Origin: a virus
Lineage: Duplodnaviria > Caudoviricetes
IMG/VR virus record: IMGVR_UViG_3300016265_000617
Location: 1 to 31,619 of that record
Direction: 5' to 3' (one strand)
DNA: 31,619 nt
The position numbers were made by a program, and so were the translations under genes. Numbering within the stretch: the first letter of the stretch is position 1; the number at the start of each line of letters is the position of its first letter. The notes beneath the pieces are model-generated. The model was not told where the DNA came from and searched no databases. It was given only the letters and a program-made list of their open reading frames with translations. Below, piece by piece: positions 6,775 to 15,511 of the stretch.

Positions 6775-8306
6775 ACCCGTTCGAGAGCCTGATTGCAGCG
6801 GTTGCGCCGCGTGCAGCGCTGAAGCGCCAGGCGGCGAGGCTGCAGCTGGAGCAGCTGCGCCGGTACGACGCCGACGCCCGCGGGCGGCGGGTGGACGGCT
6901 GGGGCGTGCGGCAGACCAGCGCCGACAGCGCACTGGGACCGGAGGGCGGGCTGAAGCGGGAGCGGGCCCGCGACCTGGTGAGGAACAACCCGTATGCGCA
7001 GCGGATCATCCAGCTGTGGGTGGATGCGCTGGTGGGGCATGGGTGGAGCTTCAAGGCGAAGGCGGGCCGGCGCAATGGTGGCGCCAGGGGCCAGCGGGTG
7101 ACGGATGAGTTCAGGTCCTGGGCAGCTGACCCGCAGCAGTGCGACTACGAAGGCCTGCAGGACCTGGCGGGGCTGATCGCCAAGGCAGTGGCCTGCTGGA
7201 AGGAATCAGGCGAGGTGCTGATCCGGTGGCGGACGCCGAGCCGCGCGACGATCCGCCGGCTGGGCCTGCGTGTGCCGCTGCAGCTCCAGGTGATGGAGCC
7301 GGACTGGATCGACGAGAACCACGACACGCCGGCGGGCGAGCGAGGCGGCTACACCAAGCGCGGGATCGTCTACGACGCCGAGGGCAAGCGCGAGAGCTAC
7401 TGGATCTACAACTACCACCCGGGTGAGAGCGCGCTGCGGGCAGTGAGCATCGAGTCGAACACGGTGCCGGCGTCGCAGATCATCCACCTGTTCACGCCGA
7501 AGCGGCCGGGGCAGACGCGCGGCGCGACGTGCCTGGCGCCGGTGGTGATCGCGCTGCGCGATCTGGACGACTACCTGGATGCGCAGCTGCTGAAGCAGAA
7601 GATCAGCGCCTGCATGACGGGCGTGATCGTGGACGTGGATGGGGCCGGCGATCAGAAGTCGGACGTGGGCGAGCGGATTGAGCCTGGCGCGATGGTGCGT
7701 CTGGGCCCTGGGCAGGACATCCGGTTCAGCTCGCCGCCGAGCGTGGGCGAGATCGACAAGATCATGCGGGGCTATCTGCTGAGGATTGCGGCGGGAACGA
7801 ATGTGCCGTATGAGCTGCTGACGGGCGACTTCCAGGGCACGAACTTCTCGGCCGGGCGCCTGGGCTGGCAGAGCTTCAACAAGCAGACGGTGAGCGAGCA
7901 GTGGCAGCTGCTGGCGCCGGTGATGAACCGGATCTGGCAGTGGTTCAGCGCACAGACCCCGACACCCACCGATGGACTGAGTGCTGACTGGACGCCGCCG
8001 CCACCGCAGCCGTATGACCCGGCAGCCGACACCAAGGCGACGATCAGCAAGATGCGCGCGGGCCTGAAGCCGCCGCAGGAAGCGATCCGCGAGGAAGGCC
8101 TGGAGCCGGACGAGGTGCTGGAGCAGTACCGCGAATGGAACGCGCAGCTCGATGCGGGCGGCATCGTGCTCGACACCGATCCGCGCAAGGTGAGCGCCGC
8201 GGGGCTGACCCAGGCACGGCCGATCGGGTCTGAGTTGCCCCCCACTGGAGAGCCGCCGGAGGAGGCGACGCCACCGCCCCAGGTGACGCCTGCAGGTGAG
8301 CCCTAG
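6771..8306 (+). CDS. Portal protein, lambda family
   Basis: RARDLVRNNPYA, ESGEVL, PLQLQVMEPD, RPGQTRG, VPYELLTGD and NFSAGRLG. Confidence 0.96.
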   Translation: MNPFESLIAAVAPRAALKRQAARLQLEQLRRYDADARGRRVDGWGVRQTSADSALGPEGGLKRERARDLVRNNPYAQRIIQLWVDALVGHGWSFKAKAGRRNGGARGQRVTDEFRSWAADPQQCDYEGLQDLAGLIAKAVACWKESGEVLIRWRTPSRATIRRLGLRVPLQLQVMEPDWIDENHDTPAGERGGYTKRGIVYDAEGKRESYWIYNYHPGESALRAVSIESNTVPASQIIHLFTPKRPGQTRGATCLAPVVIALRDLDDYLDAQLLKQKISACMTGVIVDVDGAGDQKSDVGERIEPGAMVRLGPGQDIRFSSPPSVGEIDKIMRGYLLRIAAGTNVPYELLTGDFQGTNFSAGRLGWQSFNKQTVSEQWQLLAPVMNRIWQWFSAQTPTPTDGLSADWTPPPPQPYDPAADTKATISKMRAGLKPPQEAIREEGLEPDEVLEQYREWNAQLDAGGIVLDTDPRKVSAAGLTQARPIGSELPPTGEPPEEATPPPQVTPAGEP

Positions 8307-8325
8307 AATCGAAACGCCATAGGAG
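8304..8325 (+). promoter_or_regulatory. Putative -10 box (TAGAAT) plus RBS before the capsid gene
   Basis: Same motif; the TAG is also the portal stop codon. Confidence 0.5.
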
Positions 8326-8330
8326 TCGAC

Positions 8331-10232
8331 ATGAGCGACGGTCTGCTACAGACCCGGGCAATGTTCGCCCCCGACACGATCAACGTGGAGGAGCGAACTG
8401 TTGAGGTCGTGTGGACGACCGGCGCCCAGGTGAAGCGTGCGAGTTGGTCGCGCGGTGACTACATCGAGGAGCTGAGCCTGGCCCCCAGTGCCGTGCGGCT
8501 GGAGCGTCTGAACAAGGGCGCGCCACTGCTGGACAGCCACGACTCCTTCGGGCTCCGCAACGTCATGGGCGTGGTGGAGCGTGCGTGGCTGAACGGCAGC
8601 GAGGGCCGAGCCCTGGTGCGGTTCAGCCGGCGGGATGACGTCGAGCCCATCTTCCAGGATGTGCGCGACGGGATCCTGCGGAACATCAGCGTGGGCTACA
8701 AGACCCATCGCACGGAGCGTGATGAAACCGGCCAGCTGCCGGTGGAGCGCGCCGTGGACTGGGAGCCCTACGAGCTCTCGCTGGTGCCGATCCCGGCTGA
8801 CGCCGGGGCCCAGGTGCGCTCCGAGGAGGCGCCTGCAACCCAACCTTCCGAACAGGAACGATCCATGACCCTTCCCGAGAATGGGGTGCAGGCTCCCGAG
8901 CCCACCCAAGAGACCCAGACCCGAGCTGTTGCTCCTGCCACTGCCCCTGCTCCCGCCGCTCCTGCGGTGGACGTGGAGGCGATCCGTGCCGAGGAGCGCC
9001 GCCGTGCTGCCGGCATCCTCGACGCAGCCCGCAAGCTGGAGGTGGATGAAGACTTCGCCCGCAAGCTGATCGAGCAGGGCGTGAGCCTGGACGAGGCCCG
9101 CGGCCAGCTGATCGACGCCCGCTCTGCTGAGGAGCGCCGCACCCCCGGCATCGCCCGCGTAGAGGTGACCCAGGACCACGGGCAGAAGCGGTTCATGGCG
9201 ATGGAGCACGCGCTCCAGGCCCGCGCCGGCTTCGGCAAGTGGGAAGACGGCGGCGCCCGTGAGTATGTGGGCACCACCCTGCTGGACATGGCCCGCGAGT
9301 GCGTCGAGCGCTCGGGTGCCAGCACCCGCGGCATGGACAAGATGGAGCTGGCCGGCCGTGCGCTGCACAGCACCAGCGACTTCCCCCTGCTGATGGCCAG
9401 CATCCAGCGGGTGACGCTAAAGGCTGCCTATGCGGCCGAGGTGCAGACCTGGCGCCCCCTGGCGGAGCAGCGCAACCTGCCTGACTTCCGCGAGATGAAG
9501 GAGCTGGAAGTCGGCGGCCAGATGATCCCCGAGGAGATCAAGGAAGGCGGCGAGTACAAGGCCGGGACCATCCAGGAGCAACAGGGCGGCTGGAGCCTGA
9601 CCGAGTACGGCAAGAAGGTGGTGATCGGCCGCCGGCTGATCATCAACGACAACCTGGGCTACATCACCCGGGCCATCCAGATCCTGGCCCGCGGCGTTGC
9701 GACCCTCGAGTCGAACCTGATGTGGGGTCTGATCACGGGCAACGTGAAGACGACCAGCGACGGTGTGGCCCTGTTCCACGCCAACCACAACAACACCGGC
9801 ACCGGTGTGATCGGTGAGGCCTCGATCTCTGAGGCCCGCCGGAAGATGCGGAACCAGAAGGACTTCACCGGCAAGAACCCGCTCTATGTGGTGCCCCGGT
9901 ACATCCTGCTGCCGACCACGCTGGAGACCGCGTTCGACAAGTTCAACACCACGATCGTCCCCAACGCGACCGCGGATGTGAACATCTTCTCGGGCTACCT
10001 GCAGAAGATCGTGGAGCCCCGCCTGGATGCCTCCAGCGAGGCGCAGTTCTACATCGTGGGCGACTACCCCGGCGTGGACAAGCTGGTCTACGGCTACCTG
10101 GAGGGCGAGGCCGGGGCAACGATCGACTCGGAGATCAAGCGCGATCCCGACGGCATCACCACCTACCTGCGCCACACCTTCGGCTGCCACGTGCCGCAGC
10201 ACCAGGCCTTCTATCGCAGCACCGGCGCCTGA
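8331..10232 (+). CDS. Prohead protease / major capsid protein fusion
   Basis: N-terminal protease (PLLDSH, ISVGY, WEPYELSLVPIPAD), scaffold-like AEERRRAAGI region, then capsid (HSTSDFP, LIINDNLG, LFHANHNN, IVEPRL). AGGAG RBS at 8321. Confidence 0.93.
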   Translation: MSDGLLQTRAMFAPDTINVEERTVEVVWTTGAQVKRASWSRGDYIEELSLAPSAVRLERLNKGAPLLDSHDSFGLRNVMGVVERAWLNGSEGRALVRFSRRDDVEPIFQDVRDGILRNISVGYKTHRTERDETGQLPVERAVDWEPYELSLVPIPADAGAQVRSEEAPATQPSEQERSMTLPENGVQAPEPTQETQTRAVAPATAPAPAAPAVDVEAIRAEERRRAAGILDAARKLEVDEDFARKLIEQGVSLDEARGQLIDARSAEERRTPGIARVEVTQDHGQKRFMAMEHALQARAGFGKWEDGGAREYVGTTLLDMARECVERSGASTRGMDKMELAGRALHSTSDFPLLMASIQRVTLKAAYAAEVQTWRPLAEQRNLPDFREMKELEVGGQMIPEEIKEGGEYKAGTIQEQQGGWSLTEYGKKVVIGRRLIINDNLGYITRAIQILARGVATLESNLMWGLITGNVKTTSDGVALFHANHNNTGTGVIGEASISEARRKMRNQKDFTGKNPLYVVPRYILLPTTLETAFDKFNTTIVPNATADVNIFSGYLQKIVEPRLDASSEAQFYIVGDYPGVDKLVYGYLEGEAGATIDSEIKRDPDGITTYLRHTFGCHVPQHQAFYRSTGA

Positions 10233-10271
10233 GCCGGCCCTTCCATCCATCCATTCTCTGAGGACTGATCC

Positions 10272-10598
10272 ATGAAGAATCACGTACAGGAGGGCCGCTA
10301 CATCGAGGTGGTCCTGCCCTATGCCCGGACCGCCGGCCAAGGCGTTCTGGTTGGTGCGCTGTTCGGCGTGTGTGTGACCGATGGCGCCTCTGGCGCTTCG
10401 GTGAACATCGACACCGAGACCGTCTACGACCTCGAGGCTGCAACCGGGGCCGGCACCAATGCCGCCTTCGGCGCTGTGGCCTACTGGGATGACACCGCCA
10501 AGAAGGTGACCCCGGTGAGCACCAGCAACACCCGGATCGGCGTGTTCCTGGGGGCCAAGGCCACCACCGACGCCGTGGCCCGGGTGCGGCTCGGCTGA
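10272..10598 (+). CDS. DUF2190-family capsid cement/decoration protein
   Basis: MKNHVQEG, GVLVGALFGV, YWD and ARVRL, directly after the capsid gene. Confidence 0.85.
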   Translation: MKNHVQEGRYIEVVLPYARTAGQGVLVGALFGVCVTDGASGASVNIDTETVYDLEAATGAGTNAAFGAVAYWDDTAKKVTPVSTSNTRIGVFLGAKATTDAVARVRLG

Positions 10599-10915
10599 TG
10601 ATCAACGACCTGGCGAACCGTGCGCTGACCGCTGTGGTGCGGGTGATGGGGGAACCTGTCACCGTGCGCCACCGTGGTGAGAGCGCGACCACCAGGGGCG
10701 TGTATCAGGACGGCTACGTGGGCCTGGATCCTGACACCGGGGTTCAGGTCCGCTCCACCCAGCCGGTGGTGTTGATCAGCCGGCAGGCGTTGCCGTTCAA
10801 GCTGCAGCAGGGCGATGAGGTCGAGGCCCGCGGCGTGGTGTTCAAGGTGCGCGACGCGCAGCCTGATGGCCACGACGGGGTGCTGGTGATGCTCCACCGA
10901 ACGACGAACCGATGA
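10598..10915 (+). CDS. Head-tail joining (gpFII-like) protein
   Basis: GEPVTV, GVY, QGDEV and FKVRDAQPDG; position after DUF2190. Confidence 0.75.
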   Translation: MINDLANRALTAVVRVMGEPVTVRHRGESATTRGVYQDGYVGLDPDTGVQVRSTQPVVLISRQALPFKLQQGDEVEARGVVFKVRDAQPDGHDGVLVMLHRTTNR

Positions 10916-11265
10916 TCCGGCCAGGGCGGCGCGACATCACGATTCCGCAGCGGGCGACGTTCCGTGAGCCGATGAGGCTGAAGGCTGGTGGGCAGCCGCT
11001 GAACGCCACGGGCTACGAGCTGGTGGCGCAGGTGTGGGACCGCCGGCGGACGACGAAGTACGCCGACCTGGCGATCGAGTGGATCGACCAGGCAACGGGG
11101 CTGTTCGAGCTGGTGCTGCAGTATCCCGCGACGACGGCGGTGGTGAAGGACGGGGTGTGGGACCTGCTGGTGATCCAGCCGAACGGCGACCGGTTCTACT
11201 GGCTGGAGGGCCAGGCGTGGCTGGACGTTGGGCATTCGGCTCCACCGCCGCCGGTGACGCCATGA
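10912..11265 (+). CDS. Beta-sandwich virion protein, LtfC/p132-like fibre anchor
   Basis: ITIPQRATF...LNATGY..AQVW...GLFELVL...WDLLV...YWLEG pattern of fibre-attachment beta-sandwich proteins. Confidence 0.55.
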   Translation: MIRPGRRDITIPQRATFREPMRLKAGGQPLNATGYELVAQVWDRRRTTKYADLAIEWIDQATGLFELVLQYPATTAVVKDGVWDLLVIQPNGDRFYWLEGQAWLDVGHSAPPPPVTP

Positions 11266-11453
11266 GCCAGCAGGTTGCGGTGGAGGTGATCGAGGCCCCT
11301 CCGGTGTCGGTGGAGGTGGTCGAGGACGCTGGCGTGCTGGTGGTGGAGATCGACCGGCCGACTGCCGTCGAGGTGGTGGAGGTAATCCACCCGGGCCCGC
11401 AAGGCCCGCCAATGGAACTGCCAGAGTTCATCGACGGCGGCACATTCAACTAG
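11262..11453 (+). CDS. Short acidic Val/Glu-rich virion linker protein with a GPQGPP collagen-like stub, ending IDGGTFN
   Basis: ATGA overlap at 11262, VEV repeats, PGPQGPP. Confidence 0.7.
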   Translation: MSQQVAVEVIEAPPVSVEVVEDAGVLVVEIDRPTAVEVVEVIHPGPQGPPMELPEFIDGGTFN

Positions 11454-11468
11454 CCCCTGGAGGGAGCC

Positions 11469-11930
11469 ATGACGCTGCAACGAATCAAGCTCAAGCGAGG
11501 TCTAAAGGCCAACCTGCCGACCAGCGGAATGCTGGTAGGCGAGCCGCATTTCACGACCGACCGCGGCACGCTGCACGTCGCCACTGATGCGACGACGAAG
11601 CTGCCGGTGGTGCCGGCGATTGATGATCTGACGACCTTAGCCAGCATCGACGGCGCCGCCGACCTGGTGCTGATTCACGACGCCAGCGAGGCGAGCGGGC
11701 AGAAGGAGAAGAAGGTCACGTTCGACGCCTTCAAGACGGCGCTGAACATCCCAGCAGGGAGCAGCGACGAGAAGGTTGCCGTCGTGGCCGGCGGCACTGC
11801 GGGCTACATCTGGGGCACTGATGGCACGAATGGCGTGATCCGGCTGAACAGCTCCCTGAGCTGGACGAAGGACGCGGGCAATGGGTTCGTGACCATTGCT
11901 GTCGACACGATCGACGGAGGCACGTTCTGA
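11469..11930 (+). CDS. Fibre protein with Mtd-N/hyaluronidase-N-like domain, ending IDGGTF
   Basis: IKLKRG...LVGEPHFTTDRGTLHV; GGAG RBS upstream. Confidence 0.65.
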   Translation: MTLQRIKLKRGLKANLPTSGMLVGEPHFTTDRGTLHVATDATTKLPVVPAIDDLTTLASIDGAADLVLIHDASEASGQKEKKVTFDAFKTALNIPAGSSDEKVAVVAGGTAGYIWGTDGTNGVIRLNSSLSWTKDAGNGFVTIAVDTIDGGTF

Positions 11931-12409
11931 TGCCACGGCAGCAGCTGATCAAGATCAGGAAGGGCAGCAGTGCCCCAGCTGCTGCCGACTTCCAGGAGGG
12001 AGAGCCGGCATGGGACGGCACAAACAAGAAGCTGTACGTGAAGGCCGCCGACGGCACGATGGCGGAGATCGGCCGGCCGTTTGGCTACAGCAGCAATGGC
12101 GGCACGGTCACGCAGCAGACCAGCAAGAGCACGGGCGTGACACTGAACGCGCTGTGCGGCGAGATCACCATGAACGGCGCTCAGCTCAATGCCACTACCA
12201 CCGTGACTTTTACTCTGACCAACAACACGATCGAGTCGAAAGACCTGCTGGTAATGAATCACGCAGCGGTCGGCACTTTTGGCGCCTACATTCTGAACGC
12301 AAGATGCTCTGCTGGTAGCGCGGAGATTGATGTAACAAACAGACTCAGCAGCAGCAGAAGCGAGGCAATCGTGATCCGGTTCGCGGTTGTCAAGGCCGTT
12401 ACCGCTTGA
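11930..12409 (+). CDS. Fibre-tip protein with Mtd-N-like domain and beta-rich C-terminal domain
   Basis: IKIRKG...EGEPAWDGTNKKLYVK, then GGTVTQQTSKSTGVTLN...FAVVKA. The 3' half is more AT-rich. Confidence 0.65.
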   Translation: MPRQQLIKIRKGSSAPAAADFQEGEPAWDGTNKKLYVKAADGTMAEIGRPFGYSSNGGTVTQQTSKSTGVTLNALCGEITMNGAQLNATTTVTFTLTNNTIESKDLLVMNHAAVGTFGAYILNARCSAGSAEIDVTNRLSSSRSEAIVIRFAVVKAVTA

Positions 12410-12418
12410 GGATGCGTC

Positions 12419-12658
12419 ATGGCTCAGTTCACAATCGACATTCCTGACGAACTGCTTCCGGCCATACTGGCTGAGTTCCTGATTGTCTCGTCCGCAAGAT
12501 CCACTGAGGCGACAACGCCTGAGCAGTATTTCAAGGACAGCATTGTGGAGACGGTGCGCCAGCGTGCCGAGGTCTACAAGGTGGGCCCGTACTACTCAGG
12601 CCCTGTCGACCCACACTTCAATGCAGACGGAACCTTCTACAGAAAGCAGTCGGCATGA
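12419..12658 (+). CDS. Hypothetical protein, 79 aa (possible fibre accessory)
   Basis: GAGG RBS and ATGA coupling to the next gene. Confidence 0.65.
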   Translation: MAQFTIDIPDELLPAILAEFLIVSSARSTEATTPEQYFKDSIVETVRQRAEVYKVGPYYSGPVDPHFNADGTFYRKQSA

Positions 12659-13260
12659 CCCATCCCCGCACCCAGATCCGCAGCGCATTCGTCAACAGGC
12701 TGGTCGACGCCACCGCTGCCGAGGAGCGGGTCTTCGCCGGCCGGCTCATGCCGGTGGAGGAGCCCGAGCTGCCGGCGATCATCGTCCACACCCGCGAGAA
12801 GGAGGATGTCACCAGGCGCAGCCCATCCGGCTGGAACGGGTTTGAGGAGCGCCGCTGCATCGTCTCGGTGGTGTGCGTGGCGCAGAGCTTCGACGACATC
12901 GACGCCGACCTGGACACCATGGCGGCCCAGGTGGAGGCAGCCCTCCAGGCCTGGGTGATCCCCGGCTTCGAGTCGTCCGACCCCATGCTGGTGGACAGCG
13001 ACATGGCCGATCCCGAGTTCGACGGCAGCCTCTCCACCTCTGCCCTGACCCTGCGCTACGGGGTCACCTACCGCACGCCCTACCGCGACTGCAGCAACCC
13101 CTATGTCGACGCCGCGGCCGCGGCCGGTGACGGTCCCCTGGAGCGCAGCGGCGCCTATCCTGGTGGCCAAGTCACGCCGGGCTGCCCGGCAGGCAACACC
13201 GGCGAGGCCTGCCCCATCGGCGACGCCGAGCTGTTCTCACAAGAGGAGCCGATCAACTGA
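12655..13260 (+). CDS. Tail completion/terminator protein (lambda gpU-like) with C-terminal extension
   Basis: HPRTQIR, RVFAGR, ELPAIIV, LDTMAAQVEAAL and LRYGVTY. Confidence 0.7.
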   Translation: MTHPRTQIRSAFVNRLVDATAAEERVFAGRLMPVEEPELPAIIVHTREKEDVTRRSPSGWNGFEERRCIVSVVCVAQSFDDIDADLDTMAAQVEAALQAWVIPGFESSDPMLVDSDMADPEFDGSLSTSALTLRYGVTYRTPYRDCSNPYVDAAAAAGDGPLERSGAYPGGQVTPGCPAGNTGEACPIGDAELFSQEEPIN

Positions 13261-13607
13261 TGGCAGCCCGCAAACGAGCACGCACAGCAGAGGGACAGTT
13301 CATGGCCGACGACCCCAGCACCCCAGCAGTGAACGAGGCCTGGCTGACGCCTGGCAGCATCGCCGAGTTCATGGGGGCTCCCGGCAAGCCACAGGATCTG
13401 GAGCGCGCCCTGGAGCTGGCGCGCAACGCTGCTCAGCGTGCGCTGGGCCAGCCGATCCCCGAGCAGATCCCCTTCCCCCTCGCCCAGGGCATCAAGCTGC
13501 TGGCGAGCAAGCTGCTCCTCTCCAACCGCCTCGAAGACGAGGTTGCCCCTGCCGACATCCCCCTGGTGGTGCGGTATTACTTCAGGCTGGCCGGTGCTCA
13601 GGGTTAA
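13260..13607 (+). CDS. Hypothetical virion protein: RAR...ADDPSTP..NEAW peptide plus gp6-like helical region
   Basis: TGATG coupling; the N-terminal motif is recurrent in aquatic phages. Confidence 0.65.
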   Translation: MAARKRARTAEGQFMADDPSTPAVNEAWLTPGSIAEFMGAPGKPQDLERALELARNAAQRALGQPIPEQIPFPLAQGIKLLASKLLLSNRLEDEVAPADIPLVVRYYFRLAGAQG

Positions 13608-14061
13608 TCGCGACGATCAGATCACGTCGGGCGTCGGTGCCTTCGAGCACACGGAAGGTGCGCGGCGCGCGGCCAACTTCATCCGCTACGGGGTGGTGGC
13701 CGAGGCCGACTACGAGAAGGCGCTGATCCGGGTGGAGCTCCAGGACGGCGAGCTGCTAAGCGACTGGATCCCCTGGGTGACGCTGCGCGCCAGCAACGAT
13801 CGCTTCTGGTGGGCGCCGGAGGTGGGCGAGGTGATGCTGCTGCTGGCCCCCAGCGGCGAGCTGGCCAATGCTGTCGCGCTGCCGGCCGCCTTCAGTAACG
13901 AGAACCAGAACGGCGATCGGCCGACGGTGCAGCGTCAGACCTTCGACGATGGCACGGTGATCGAGTACGACCGTGAGGCGCACCGGTACACGATCGACGC
14001 CAGGCAGAGCCAGAGCCAGGTGGTGATCTGGGCCAACCGCATCGACCTCAACCCGGACTGA
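13594..14061 (+). CDS. gpV: Baseplate assembly protein V (spike), short form
   Basis: ANFIRYGVV, SDWIPW, WWAPEVGE, APSGEL and FDDGTVIEYD. A GTG start at 13594 is inferred. Confidence 0.92.
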   Translation: MLRVNRDDQITSGVGAFEHTEGARRAANFIRYGVVAEADYEKALIRVELQDGELLSDWIPWVTLRASNDRFWWAPEVGEVMLLLAPSGELANAVALPAAFSNENQNGDRPTVQRQTFDDGTVIEYDREAHRYTIDARQSQSQVVIWANRIDLNPD

Positions 14062-14064
14062 GCG

Positions 14065-14334
14065 ATGAGCAGAAGGGTGATCCGTGTTGGCGACCCCGGC
14101 AGCCATGGCGGCATGGTGATCACCGGGAGCCCGGATGTGTTTGCGAACAGCAGGCGGGTAGCGCGATTGAGTGATCTCTATGACTGCCCTATCCACGGCG
14201 TCAATCCGATCGTGACTGCCAGCACAGACACGTTTGCCAACAGCCGAGGCGTGGTGCGGGTGGGAGACTTGACGTTGTGCGGTGCCACCTTGATCGAGGG
14301 AAGCCCCGACACCTTCTGCAATGGAGGCGACTGA
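14065..14334 (+). CDS. PAAR-domain spike-tip protein
   Basis: RVGD..SHGG.VITGS, VARLSD..CPIHG and RVGD...CGATLIEGS. Confidence 0.92.
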   Translation: MSRRVIRVGDPGSHGGMVITGSPDVFANSRRVARLSDLYDCPIHGVNPIVTASTDTFANSRGVVRVGDLTLCGATLIEGSPDTFCNGGD

Positions 14335-14672
14335 TGGCCGGAATGAGCCGCACCACCGGCAAGGAGCTGGGGGGCTTTGATCACCTCCGCCAGTCGATCG
14401 AGGACATCCTCACGACTCCCGTTGGCTCCCGCGTTCACCGCCGGGACTACGGCAGCCGGCTGCCGCGACTGGTGGACCGACCGATCAACAGCAGCCTGGT
14501 GGCTGACCTGGTGGCGGCGACCGCTGAAGCGCTGGATCGCTGGGAGCCGCGCCTCAAGCTGGAGCAGGTGATCATCGACAGCGTGAGCGAAGCGGGGCAG
14601 ATCGCACTGAGCCTCCGTGGCTACTATCTGCTGGACGGCCGGCGGGTCGAAATCGAGGGGCTGGTGATCTGA
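14334..14672 (+). CDS. Baseplate wedge protein, P2 W / gp25 family
   Basis: GMSRTTG, HLRQSIEDILTTPVGSRVHRRDYGS and RWEPRL. Confidence 0.95.
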   Translation: MAGMSRTTGKELGGFDHLRQSIEDILTTPVGSRVHRRDYGSRLPRLVDRPINSSLVADLVAATAEALDRWEPRLKLEQVIIDSVSEAGQIALSLRGYYLLDGRRVEIEGLVI

Positions 14673-15511
14673 TGGCGACGATCGACTTCAGCTCCATCCC
14701 GGCGCCAACGATCATCGAGGCGCTTGACTTCGAGACGATCCTGCAGGAGATGATCACGGACCTGCAGAGCCGTGATCCGTCCTACACCGAGATCCTGGAG
14801 AGCGACCCGGGAGTGAAGATCTTGGAGGTCGCGGCGGCACGCGAGCTCACCCTGAGGCAGCGGATCAACGATGCCCTCAAGGCCACCCTGCTCCGCTTTG
14901 CCATCGGCGCCGACCTGGACAACATCGCCGCCTTCTATGGCGTGACGCGGCTGCAGGGCGAGACAGATGAGGAACTGCGAGAGCGCACGATCGAGCGGGT
15001 GATGGGCAGCAGCACGGCCGGCGGCCGCAGCTGGTATCGCTACCAGGCGCTGACCGCCAGCCCGCTGATCGCCGATGTGAACGTGGACACGCCGTTCCCT
15101 GGGCAGGTGCGAGTGTCGGTGCTGGCGAAGGCTGGCAACGGCACGGCCAGCGCAGAGCTGCTCGAGGCAGTGGATGCGGTGGTGCAGGCAGACGACGTGC
15201 GGGTGATCACCGACACGGTGACGACGGTGAGCGCCGAGATCGTGACCGTGAACGTGCAGGCCCAGGTGTGGCTGCTGCCCGAAGCCCCCGAGACCGTGTT
15301 CGAGAACCTGGAGGAGACACTGCGCGCTGCGTTTGCTGCCGAGTCAGGCATGGGGTGGGATGTGACGCTGAGCTGGCTGATCGCCAAGCTGCAGCAGCCA
15401 GGCGTGCAGCGGGTGATGCTGCAGGTGCCGACCGCTCGGGTGATCTGCGCCGCCAACCAGGCACCGGCCCTCGGCACCGTGGCGCTGACGATGATGGGGC
15501 GTGACCGATGA
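14672..15511 (+). CDS. gpJ: Baseplate J protein
   Basis: PTIIEALDFETI, LESDP, GADLD, ETDEELR and STAG...Y. Confidence 0.95.
   Translation: MATIDFSSIPAPTIIEALDFETILQEMITDLQSRDPSYTEILESDPGVKILEVAAARELTLRQRINDALKATLLRFAIGADLDNIAAFYGVTRLQGETDEELRERTIERVMGSSTAGGRSWYRYQALTASPLIADVNVDTPFPGQVRVSVLAKAGNGTASAELLEAVDAVVQADDVRVITDTVTTVSAEIVTVNVQAQVWLLPEAPETVFENLEETLRAAFAAESGMGWDVTLSWLIAKLQQPGVQRVMLQVPTARVICAANQAPALGTVALTMMGRDR

Noticed and set aside
10243-10254. CCAT x3 microrepeat after the capsid stop
   Set aside because: Too short to be significant and there is no hairpin or U-tract; likely just an unstructured spacer before the RBS.
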